DNA from: Nitrospinales bacterium
GTDB taxonomy: Bacteria; Nitrospinota; Nitrospinia; Nitrospinales; VA-1
Direction of reading: 5' to 3'
DNA: 64,000 nucleotides
Assembly (NCBI GenBank): GCA_965223345.1
Contig: CBDCWG010000012.1
Coordinates: 448,001 to 512,000, forward strand
Shown: positions 55,789 through 64,000 of the stretch, piece by piece
How positions within the stretch are numbered: the first letter of the stretch is position 1
How the letters are laid out: every line of letters begins with the position of its first letter
Position numbers and translations under genes: made by a program
Notes under the pieces: generated by a model
Databases searched by the model: none
What the model saw: only the letters and a program-made list of their open reading frames with translations
What the model was told of the DNA's origin: nothing

Positions 55789-57012
55789 CTACTTCCTCGG
55801 GATTTTGAGCTTGGCGAACTCTTCCGGTTTGCGCCCGTAGCGTTTGTACAGCGCATTGATGACGCGGATGGTTTTGGCGATCCATTCGTCCTGGTGTTTT
55901 TGCACGAAATGGTGCTTGGCGATGGTGAGGTGCTGGATGGCGTAGTAGCCCTCCTTGTTTTTATCGAGCGCCTCCCCGAGCCAGTAGTGCGCCATCGCGT
56001 GTTCGGGGTTCATGTCCACGGCTTCCCGAAGCGCGGCGAGTTCGGCTTCCAGATCCTTGGCTTCGCGGTGGGTTTTGGCGGCCTGGTACTGCGCTTCCGC
56101 AAGGTGGTCGCGCACCTTCTCGTTGTTCGGGGTGATCTTCACCGCCTCCTGCAGCGGCTGCACGGCTTCCGGGAAGCGTTTGAGCTTCATCAGGGCGACG
56201 CCGAGCTTGAAGTTGGCTTCGCGCGCCATCCTCGGGCTGACCTTCACCGCGGTCGCCAGGTACTGCACGGCTTTTTCGTGCTTCCCCAGCCGGGCGTACA
56301 GCATGCCGAGATTGAGATTGGGCAGCACCGATTTCGGGTTGACGCGGATGGCGTCCATGTAATGCTTGATGGCCCTGTCGTTGTCGCCGAGCTTGCTGTA
56401 GACGATGCCGAAGTTGTAATTGGCGTCCACCACCAGGTTCTTGTCGAGCCGCAGCGCCTCCTTGAATTTTTCCAGGGCGTCGTCGTAGCGCCCGAGTTCG
56501 GTGTAGCAGATGCCGAGCGAGAGATGCGCCGGGCCGTAATCGGGCAGGATCTTCACCGCCTCCTGAAAATGGTGCATCGATTCTTTCTGCTGTTTGCGTT
56601 TGCCGTACAATATGGAGAGGTTGGTGTGCGCCTGCGCCAGCCTCTTCTTGACAGCCGGGCTGTCCGGGTCCAGCCTCAGGGCTTCTTCCAGAAATTCGAG
56701 CGCTTCGTCGTCGCGCCCCAGTTCCACCAGCGCCAGCCCCAGCTGATAATGGGCGCTCTTGTGCTTGGGGTTGATGCGCACCGCTTCTTTCAGGGGCGAG
56801 ACGGCTTCGGAAAAACGGCTGAGCTCGATGTACACTTCGCCGAGGTTGTACTGCCCCATGCCGTCGAGCGGGTTGGCGCGCACGGCCTCCTTGTATTTTT
56901 CCAGCAGGGCTTTCAGTTCTTCGGGAGGGCGTTTCGGACGTTGTTTGGGCGCGGTTTTCTGGGGTTTCTTGGAGAACAGTCCGCCGATGAGGTTTTTAAA
57001 CGATTCGAACAA
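55789..57012 (-). CDS. Tetratricopeptide repeat protein
   Basis: Numerous tandem TPR units (YNLG....G..EA....A..INP); TTG start with purine-rich RBS. Confidence 0.9.
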   Translation of the reverse strand: MFESFKNLIGGLFSKKPQKTAPKQRPKRPPEELKALLEKYKEAVRANPLDGMGQYNLGEVYIELSRFSEAVSPLKEAVRINPKHKSAHYQLGLALVELGRDDEALEFLEEALRLDPDSPAVKKRLAQAHTNLSILYGKRKQQKESMHHFQEAVKILPDYGPAHLSLGICYTELGRYDDALEKFKEALRLDKNLVVDANYNFGIVYSKLGDNDRAIKHYMDAIRVNPKSVLPNLNLGMLYARLGKHEKAVQYLATAVKVSPRMAREANFKLGVALMKLKRFPEAVQPLQEAVKITPNNEKVRDHLAEAQYQAAKTHREAKDLEAELAALREAVDMNPEHAMAHYWLGEALDKNKEGYYAIQHLTIAKHHFVQKHQDEWIAKTIRVINALYKRYGRKPEEFAKLKIPRK

Positions 57013-57093
57013 TCCCCTTTCTCCCGTTCTTTAAGGTCTTTTCCCGTCCCGCGATCTGTGCGACACTGAATGAAGCGGGCGCTTGAAAATTGC

Positions 57094-57109
57094 TGGCACC
57101 TTTTTAGCG
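57094..57109 (+). promoter_or_regulatory. Candidate sigma54 promoter upstream of the cupin-methyltransferase gene
   Basis: TGGCAC-CTTTT-TAGCG with GG-N10-GC spacing. Confidence 0.4.
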
Positions 57110-57293
57110 GGTTGATGGGTCAAAATCAACCCCCGCCGCCGCGGCGAAAAAAATTTCCGGCCGCGGTCCTCTTGCGGTTGTGACATCGCATTCTTTTGGA
57201 TCCTTCGGAAGGGCTTCGATCTTCCGTCCGCCGCCCGCCTTCCGGAGTTCCCTCATTTCCACGTCATGAAACACAAATAGAAGGAGATGCACC

Positions 57294-58946
57294 GTGGTTT
57301 CCTCTGCAACGGCCAAAGACAAATCCCTGCTTCCGGCCTCGATCCTGCGACTGATCGAGTCGATCGAAGCGGAAAAGGACATGACGCCTTACAAAGCGCG
57401 TGATCTGCTGATTGCGGCGGAACTGAAGATGGAAGATTTGGAGACCTGGGCGACGTACGATCACCCCGCGGCGGACAGCTACGGCCGCACACTGGTTTAC
57501 GACGGCGGTTATTTTGAAATGATGGCGATGTCCTGGCTGCCGGGGGACTGTTCGGGCATCCACGACCACGGGCACACGCAATGGGGCGCGGTGCAGGTGT
57601 TCGGCCCCGCCGAGCACGCGGTGTTTCTGGTGCAGGACGGGGAGATCAGCACGCTGACGCGCACCAAGGTGAAGGCGGGTCAGGTGCTCGCGGTCGGGCA
57701 CCAGCTGGTGCACCAGATGCAGAACCCGACCAACATCAAGTTCCTCACGTTTCACCTGTACGGCACGCCGGATCCTGCGCGCCCGATCACCGGCGACGCG
57801 CGCATCTTCGTGATCGAGAGCAATCAGATTCAGCGCACCGACGGCGGCGTGTTCTACGCGCTGCCTGAGGAACAGATCAAATCGACGGAACCGGGCCCGC
57901 GCCCGGACTACATGACCTGGCTGCGGGATCTGGTGGAGCTGTTGAAGCGGCTGCACCGGACGCAGGTCGCGGGGCCGCTGCCGGACGACTGGGAAACGCG
58001 GCTGAAGGAGTTGCAGCAGAAACTGTTCGATGTGAAAAACTGGGACTGGTTCGTGCGCGACCTGATGTACAACGTGGACGAGGAAACGGGCTTCGTGGTG
58101 GAGGCGGGAGTGTACAGCCTGCTGCGCAAGGAGCTGACGGAAGCGGCGGAGGTGCAAAAGCACCTGTTGTTCCAGCACAAGGAAGAGGAAGATCCGTTTT
58201 TCACCTATGCGGAGTTGTACGACGATGTGGTGGGGCTGCCCTGTCTGGAGGAATTCATCGCGCCCTACCTGCGTTTCGTGATCGACAAATACAACCTGAA
58301 CCTCAAAGAAGACCGGCTGCTGTCCATCGGCTGCGGCACCGGCGTGGTCGAGGATTTTCTCATCCGCGAATGCGGCATGCCTAAGGAAAACCTGCTGGGC
58401 ATCGACAAATCGGAAGCGATGATCCAGGTGGCTTCGCGCCGCATCCACGCCGAGGTGAAAGACCTGCTGGCGTTGTCGGGGCAATCCTGGGACCTGTCGT
58501 TCAGCGGGCTCAACGTGTTTCAGTACCTGGCTCCGGAGCAGCTGGAGCAGGCCATCGAGGTGACGGCGCAGATCACCAAACCCGGCGGCACCTTCTTCGG
58601 CGATTTCATCACGCCCGACCACATCCGCATTTACCCGCACGTGATCCGCTCGCAGAGCGACAACGTCATCTCGCTGCGGCAGCCGGTGCTGATCGAGCGC
58701 GGCAACAGCACCTATCAGCAAAGCGAGATCCTCAACGTCAACCGGCAGTCGGGAAAACTGTCGATCACCCACGAAGGCAAGCACGTGCGGTTCCTGCCGT
58801 CGCTGTGGCGTCTGCGCAAACTGTTCGAGCGCACCTTCGAAGGCGCGGTGGACGTGTACGACGCGGTGACGCTCAAACCCATCGAGCGCAAGGCGGACAC
58901 CTGCCCCTCGACGCGCATCCTCATCGTCGCGCAGCGTAAAAAATAA
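57294..58946 (+). CDS. Fusion of cysteine-dioxygenase-like cupin and class I SAM-dependent methyltransferase
   Basis: N-terminal YGR, SGIHDHG, LVHQMQN, TFHLY; C-terminal LLSIGCGTG, GIDKSEAM, WDLSFS, KPGG; GAAGGAG RBS before GTG. Confidence 0.82.
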   Translation: MVSSATAKDKSLLPASILRLIESIEAEKDMTPYKARDLLIAAELKMEDLETWATYDHPAADSYGRTLVYDGGYFEMMAMSWLPGDCSGIHDHGHTQWGAVQVFGPAEHAVFLVQDGEISTLTRTKVKAGQVLAVGHQLVHQMQNPTNIKFLTFHLYGTPDPARPITGDARIFVIESNQIQRTDGGVFYALPEEQIKSTEPGPRPDYMTWLRDLVELLKRLHRTQVAGPLPDDWETRLKELQQKLFDVKNWDWFVRDLMYNVDEETGFVVEAGVYSLLRKELTEAAEVQKHLLFQHKEEEDPFFTYAELYDDVVGLPCLEEFIAPYLRFVIDKYNLNLKEDRLLSIGCGTGVVEDFLIRECGMPKENLLGIDKSEAMIQVASRRIHAEVKDLLALSGQSWDLSFSGLNVFQYLAPEQLEQAIEVTAQITKPGGTFFGDFITPDHIRIYPHVIRSQSDNVISLRQPVLIERGNSTYQQSEILNVNRQSGKLSITHEGKHVRFLPSLWRLRKLFERTFEGAVDVYDAVTLKPIERKADTCPSTRILIVAQRKK

Positions 58947-58958
58947 AAGAAGCGACGT

Positions 58959-59699
58959 TCAGCGTTTGCGTTTCGCCTGGCTTTTCTGTTCAGATTTGAA
59001 TTTAAAGTGGATGAATTTTTTCTTTTCCCACTGCGGGGCCTGGTCGGGGATGAAATACTTCACCCGCGAGCCGCTGATGGAGGCGGCGTTGGTGAGCAGG
59101 GCGATGCGCCAGCGGCCTTTGACTTTTTCCCAGTAGTCGATGTGGGGCTCTTCCACATCGAACGCCACGTTGTCCCGCACGAGGGCGGGGTTGAGTCGTT
59201 CGCGGGCTTTCAGTTTGCCGGCGACCATCGCGTAGCGGCCGTCCTGGCTGATGGAGACTTTTTCCAGCACGTAGTCGTTCACCTTGATGAACGGATTGGT
59301 GAACCAGCGGTAGGTGCGCGGAATGGGAAAACCGAGCGGATCTTTCTTTTCGGGGTTCTTCTTGATGTGGGCGAGGGAGGGCGTCATCGCGCCGGAGACA
59401 TGCTGGTTCGCGCCATCGCGGTAATCGTGCGGCACGCGGCCTTCGAAAAACTTGTATTCTTCCAAAGACACCTTTTTCTGAAACTGCGGGTGCTGGTAGG
59501 CGTAGAGGGATTTCCACTGGCTGGCTTTGCGCTTGGCGAAATAATCCTTTTGCAGGGCGGCGAGTTTTTTCGCCTCCTTGAGATATTTTCCTTTGGATGC
59601 AGCCTGCACGGGGTCCGCACCCGCCACAACCAGCACCACTAAAGCCGCTCCGATCAACGCCTGCTTCCACCCCGCCTGCCCATCGCTTAGAAATCGCAT
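58959..59699 (-). CDS. Exported hypothetical protein
   Basis: Signal peptide ending VQA-A, basic mature part, CAGGAG RBS. Confidence 0.75.
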   Translation of the reverse strand: MRFLSDGQAGWKQALIGAALVVLVVAGADPVQAASKGKYLKEAKKLAALQKDYFAKRKASQWKSLYAYQHPQFQKKVSLEEYKFFEGRVPHDYRDGANQHVSGAMTPSLAHIKKNPEKKDPLGFPIPRTYRWFTNPFIKVNDYVLEKVSISQDGRYAMVAGKLKARERLNPALVRDNVAFDVEEPHIDYWEKVKGRWRIALLTNAASISGSRVKYFIPDQAPQWEKKKFIHFKFKSEQKSQAKRKR

Positions 59700-59996
59700 C
59701 CGTCCGGATCTCCTGGAAAAATTCGAAAGTCGTCTCCGGTCTTAACGGCAGCAGCGAAGCAGAGCTAAAGCATCCATTTGAAAGGGGAATTTTTACCAAA
59801 TATGGGCATGAAGAAAAGTAGAAAGTACCTAAAAGGTTTTTCCCCTTGTGGACTTGTGAAAAACCGCTGACCGCTTTTATCACAGGGTCCACAGTTCCAA
59901 CAATCACAAATAGTTAATTCCACTAAAAGTTAAAATTAAGTTTATTCAATAATTAGATTTATCGTTGAGAGGATCACTTTAACTGGAGCAACAATC

Positions 59997-60803
59997 ATGG
60001 AGATCATCGAATTAAAATCTTGGGAAGAATTTGAAGAAAGCTTCAAAAGAGAAATCGACGGGTCTGACTTTAAAAATAAACAGGAATATGATCATATCTC
60101 CAGTCCTTTATTTAGAGGGCAATCCGATAAAGACTGGAAATTGCAAACTACTCTTGAAAGATTCTTCCAAAGCAAAAAAGGATTCAATCAGGAATTTTCA
60201 TGGGATACTTATCATCGAATTCTTCAAGCTGTCGAACGCGCAGTTTCCTCTTTAACATCAAATAGAATTGAGCTTCCTACCTTTAAACATCACATCTCTC
60301 CCATTCCACCCGGCTATGAGTTTATGATTTACTTGAGGCATCACGATTTTCCATCTCCCTTACTAGATTGGACAAAGTCACCTTACGTAGCAGCTTTTTT
60401 TGCATTCAGTGGAGCTACAGTATCAACCGATGTAGCAATCTTTTCGTTTAGAGAAGATATCGGTTTAGGCAAGGGCGGTTGGAGAGGTGAACCACAAATT
60501 GAGGCATTAGGCCCTTATGTAGTAACGCACAAAAGACATTACCAACAACAATGCTACTACACTATTTGCTTTAAAGAAGATGAATACCAAAAAAGAACCT
60601 ATTGCTCTCATCAAGATGTGCAATTTGGAAACGATCAAGACATTTTAAAGAAATATATTATCCCTTACAAAGAAAGAGGAAAAGTTCTTGCGAAACTTGA
60701 CTTGATGAATATCAATGCATTTTCCCTCTTTGGAAATGAGGAAAGTTTGGCGAAGATGCTTGCTTACCGAGAAATGGAAAAAGAAATATCATCAATAATT
60801 TAA
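59997..60803 (+). CDS. FRG domain protein (AT-rich)
   Basis: LFRGQS, HHDFPSPLLDWTKSPYVAAFFA, QQCYYT, LMNINAFSLF. Confidence 0.88.
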   Translation: MEIIELKSWEEFEESFKREIDGSDFKNKQEYDHISSPLFRGQSDKDWKLQTTLERFFQSKKGFNQEFSWDTYHRILQAVERAVSSLTSNRIELPTFKHHISPIPPGYEFMIYLRHHDFPSPLLDWTKSPYVAAFFAFSGATVSTDVAIFSFREDIGLGKGGWRGEPQIEALGPYVVTHKRHYQQQCYYTICFKEDEYQKRTYCSHQDVQFGNDQDILKKYIIPYKERGKVLAKLDLMNINAFSLFGNEESLAKMLAYREMEKEISSII

Positions 60804-60860
60804 AACCCAAACATCTCTTGCCCTAATAAATTGAGGAAATAATTTCTTTATCGCAACGCG

Positions 60861-62689
60861 CTACTCCCCAACCTTCTGCAAAATCGTTTCGGCGAGGGCG
60901 GGAGTGATGCCGGGGACGGCGGTGAGGTCGGCGACGGAGGCGGCGCGGATGTTCTCGAGGCTGCCGAACTGTTTGAGCAGCAGCACGCGGCGCTTCTTGC
61001 CGATGCCGGGAATGGCTTCGAGCGGCGAGTCGAGCGTGTTCTTGCCGCGCAGCTTGCGGTGGTAGGTGATGGCGAAGCGGTGCGCCTCGTCGCGGATGCG
61101 CTGCAATAAAAAGCGCGACGGCGAGTTTTCTTTGAACAGGATCGGCGTTTTCGTCCGCGTGAGCAGCACTTCGTCGGTGTCGAGGTTGTTGCGGAACTTG
61201 CCCTTGGCGATGCAGGCGAGATCGACTTTGCCGGTGAGCCCCAGCTCCTCCAGCACGGCGGCGGCGGTGTTGAGATGACCGCGGCCGCCGTCGATCAGCA
61301 CGCAGCTGGGCAGCGGTTTGCCTTCATCCAACAGCCTCTGGTAGCGGCGCTGCATCACCTCGCGCATCATGGCGTAATCGTCGATGCCTTCCACGCGCTT
61401 GATCTTGTAGCGGCGGTACGATGATTTGTCGGCCTGACCGCTCTTGAACACCACGACCGAGCCGACGGCGTGATCGCCGGAGATGTTGGAGATGTCGAAC
61501 CCTTCGATGGTTTCGGGATAGTTTTTCAGTTCCAGCGCCGCGCGCAACTCCTCCAGCATGCGGGTGGCGGTTTCGCCTTTGTCGAGCTCGGTGCGCATGG
61601 CGAAACGGGCGTTTTCCTCGGCCATCTTCACCAGCTCGCGTTTTTTTCCGCGCGCGGGAACCTCCAGCTGCACGCGGCTTTTCTTCTTGCCGGAGAGCCA
61701 GGCGGCGATGAGATCGCCATCCTCGATGCCGTGCGGCAGCAGGATCTCTTTCGGCAGCATCGGCTCGCCGGCGTAGTACTGCTTGAGGAACGAAGACAGG
61801 GTTTCGTTGTCCTCCATTTCGTTCTGGCTTTTCATCTTGAAAATTTTCTCGCCCACCATCTTGCCGCTGCGGATCGCCAGCACCTGCACCATCGCCTGGC
61901 CGCCTTCCATGCAGTAACCGACGATGTCCTGATCCTCGAAGGTCGTGGAAACGATCTTCTGCTTGTCGAGCACGGTTTTCACGGCGGCGATCTTGTCGCG
62001 CAGCACGGCGGCTTCCTCGTAATGCTGTTTTTTCGGAGGCCCGCGGCCATCCTGCTTTTCAGGATGTCCATCAGCTCGGAGTTCCGGCCCTTTAAAAACA
62101 GGATCACCTCCTGCACCACATTGCTGTAGTCCTCGGGTGTGATGTAGCCGGCGCAGGGGGCGTGGCAGCGGTTCATCTGGTAGTTCAGGCAGGGCCGCCG
62201 CTGCGGCTGGCCGTCGAGCGGGTCGCGGCTCTGGCGCAGCGGGAAGATCCTGTAGATGATGCGCATGGTCTCGCGCACTTCCTTGACCATGGTGTAGGGG
62301 CCGAAATAGGTGGCGCCGTCTTTTTTCACGCGGCGCACGACTTCCAGCCGCGGGTAGAGCTCCTGGGTGGTCAGGCGCAGGTAGGGGTATTGCTTGTCGT
62401 CGCGCAGGCAGACGTTGTAACGCGGCTGGTGCTTCTTGACGAAATTGCTCTCTAAAATCAACGCCTCGGCTTCGGTGCGCGTGGTGAGGAATTTGATGTC
62501 GCGCACTTTGCCCAGAAAGGTGCGGGTCTTGAGCGGCAGGTGGCGGGAGTTCTGGAAATACGAGCGCACCCGCACGTTGAGGGATTTGGCCTTGCCGATA
62601 TAAAGGATCGCATCCTTCGAATCCTTCATGATATATATTCCCGGAAGCTTGGGAATTTTTTCGATGATGTCGTTGAGCTTGTCCGGCAT
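60861..62689 (-). pseudogene. uvrC: Excinuclease ABC subunit C, frameshifted near 62030-62042 (probably sequencing error)
   Basis: N-terminal GIY-YIG half (PGIY..YIGKAKSL) in ORF 61979..62689; C-terminal half (IEGFDISN, IDGG.GH, RDEAHRFA, HhH) in ORF 60861..62747. Confidence 0.9.
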
Positions 62690-62822
62690 GGGCCTTTTCC
62701 GCTCCGCCTGCGGCGGGCTTGAAAGAGAGATCGGGTTTCTCTCTCAATTATACCGGACTGGGACGATAAGCAATAATTTCAATCATTTCTCAACTTTTTG
62801 CATCCAAACTCAGGAAGACAAA

Positions 62823-63149
62823 ATGAATCAATGGGTGCCCATCACCGAAGAGGAAATGCTGAAACGATTGAATGAAGAATGGAACGACTGCTCTGATAAA
62901 CGAAAAGCAATCTTCGAGAAATACAGAGTGCCGCTGAAAAAGCATCCCATCGAAAGAAACGGAAAAACGGAGCACGTGTTTGTGGTGGCCCGGAAAGGCA
63001 ATGAAGTCATGTATTACGAGGATGTGGAAGAGGGCTTCAATATTTCCCCGATTTCACCGGACGGGAAAATTCTGGAACATGGGTGCAATCAGGATGAATT
63101 AAAACATGCTCTGCGCCATTGGGATACCGAAGACCCTATAAGGGATTGA
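62823..63149 (+). CDS. Small acidic hypothetical protein (lower GC)
   Basis: ATG after AGGAAG; MNQWVPITEEEM...YYEDVEEGFNIS...CNQDELKHAL. Confidence 0.7.
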   Translation: MNQWVPITEEEMLKRLNEEWNDCSDKRKAIFEKYRVPLKKHPIERNGKTEHVFVVARKGNEVMYYEDVEEGFNISPISPDGKILEHGCNQDELKHALRHWDTEDPIRD

Positions 63150-63159
63150 AGGAGTGTTC

Positions 63160-63559
63160 ATGAAAACGCATCAAGCAGGTGATTCTGATCCGCAAGGATC
63201 TGAACATGCGGCGCGGCAAGGAGATCGCCCAGGGCTCGCACGCGGCCAGCGGGTTTCTGGTGGAAAACCTGCGCGGGGCGCTGGTGAAGGACCGGGCCAC
63301 GGAGGTGACGCTGGAACTCTCTCCGGAGGAGACCACCTGGCTGCTGCAGGGCATGGCCAAGGTGTGCCTGAGAGTCAACTCGGAGGCGGAACTGGTGGAG
63401 CTGCACAAAAAGGCCGAAGCAAGCGGGCTGCCCAGCCACCTGGTGCAGGACAGCGGCCGCACGGAGTTTCACGGCAAGCCCACGTTCACCGCCTGCGCCA
63501 TCGGGCCGGGGGACAGCGAGGCCATCGACGCGCTGACGGGAGATCTGGTGCCGTACTGA
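63160..63559 (+). CDS. Peptidyl-tRNA hydrolase Pth2 family (apparent +1 frameshift after the start codon)
   Basis: KQVILIRKDL.M..GK.IAQGSHA, KVCLRV, VQDSGRTEF, T..AIGP, TGDL. Confidence 0.88.
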
Positions 63560-63732
63560 ACCGCTCGTTATTTTTACGCAAGACATTGAAAAATTCTCGG
63601 AAGGGCGCTACAAAACTCTGCCCAATCGGGTTATACTTTCGGCACCAAGAAGACAAGCGACGGCAATCAGAAGGGTTTTCGCGCTGAGGCGCGAAACTCT
63701 TTTGCAAGCAATCACCAATCAGTTTCCCTCCT

Positions 63733-64000
63733 ATGAAGACAGGCAACGGCAACCAGAGAGGTTTTTGGGCATCCCGGCTGGGCTTCATCCTCGCGGCGTC
63801 CGGTTCGGCCATCGGCCTGGGCAACATCTGGAAGTTCCCCTATATCACGGGACAAAACGGCGGCGGCGCGTTCGTGCTGATCTATCTGGTGTGCATCTTC
63901 GTGGTGGGGCTGCCGATCATGCTGTCGGAATTCACGCTCGGCCGCAAGACCCAGCTCAACCCGGTGGGGGCGTTCGACGCGCTCAAGCCCAAATCCCCCT
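63733..64000 (+). CDS. Sodium-dependent transporter, NSS family (partial, runs off right edge)
   Basis: Manual translation: WASRLGFILAASGSAIGLGNIWKFPY...GGGAFVLIYL. Confidence 0.92.
   Translation, partial: MKTGNGNQRGFWASRLGFILAASGSAIGLGNIWKFPYITGQNGGGAFVLIYLVCIFVVGLPIMLSEFTLGRKTQLNPVGAFDALKPKSP

Overview
High-GC (roughly 60% by eye) diderm bacterial chromosomal window, mostly housekeeping. It contains squalene-hopene cyclase; rplM-rpsI-argC-argJ; def-fmt-uxs-radC-gmhA-hldE with a convergent hldD; a YjgN/M48 pair; a sigma54 activator followed by DUF4912 and a GH57 branching enzyme; apgM-like/lysC/cimA; two orphan histidine kinases; glnB-glnA-phzF-glnE; a clpC-bamA-skp-fabZ-lpxA-gnnA-lpxI-lpxB-DUF374 envelope cluster; metH; and uvrC. 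A more accessory segment spans about 52-63 kb. Gene order and content suggest a Nitrospinota/Nitrospirota-like organism (inference only). No tRNA, rRNA, CRISPR array or intact transposase was seen. Best leads: (1) a fusion of a cysteine-dioxygenase-like 3-His cupin with a class I SAM methyltransferase behind a candidate sigma54 promoter; (2) an ApgM-like protein lacking most catalytic and metal residues (Ser to Asp) but translationally coupled to aspartate kinase; (3) a candidate sigma54 module in which an atypical-receiver activator precedes a histone-like DUF4912 protein and a GH57 branching enzyme; (4) a FixL-like heme-PAS kinase lacking the distal Arg; (5) an AT-rich FRG-domain insertion; (6) a REP/MITE-like palindromic element. 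Two frameshifts in homopolymers (uvrC, pth2) are probably sequencing artefacts.
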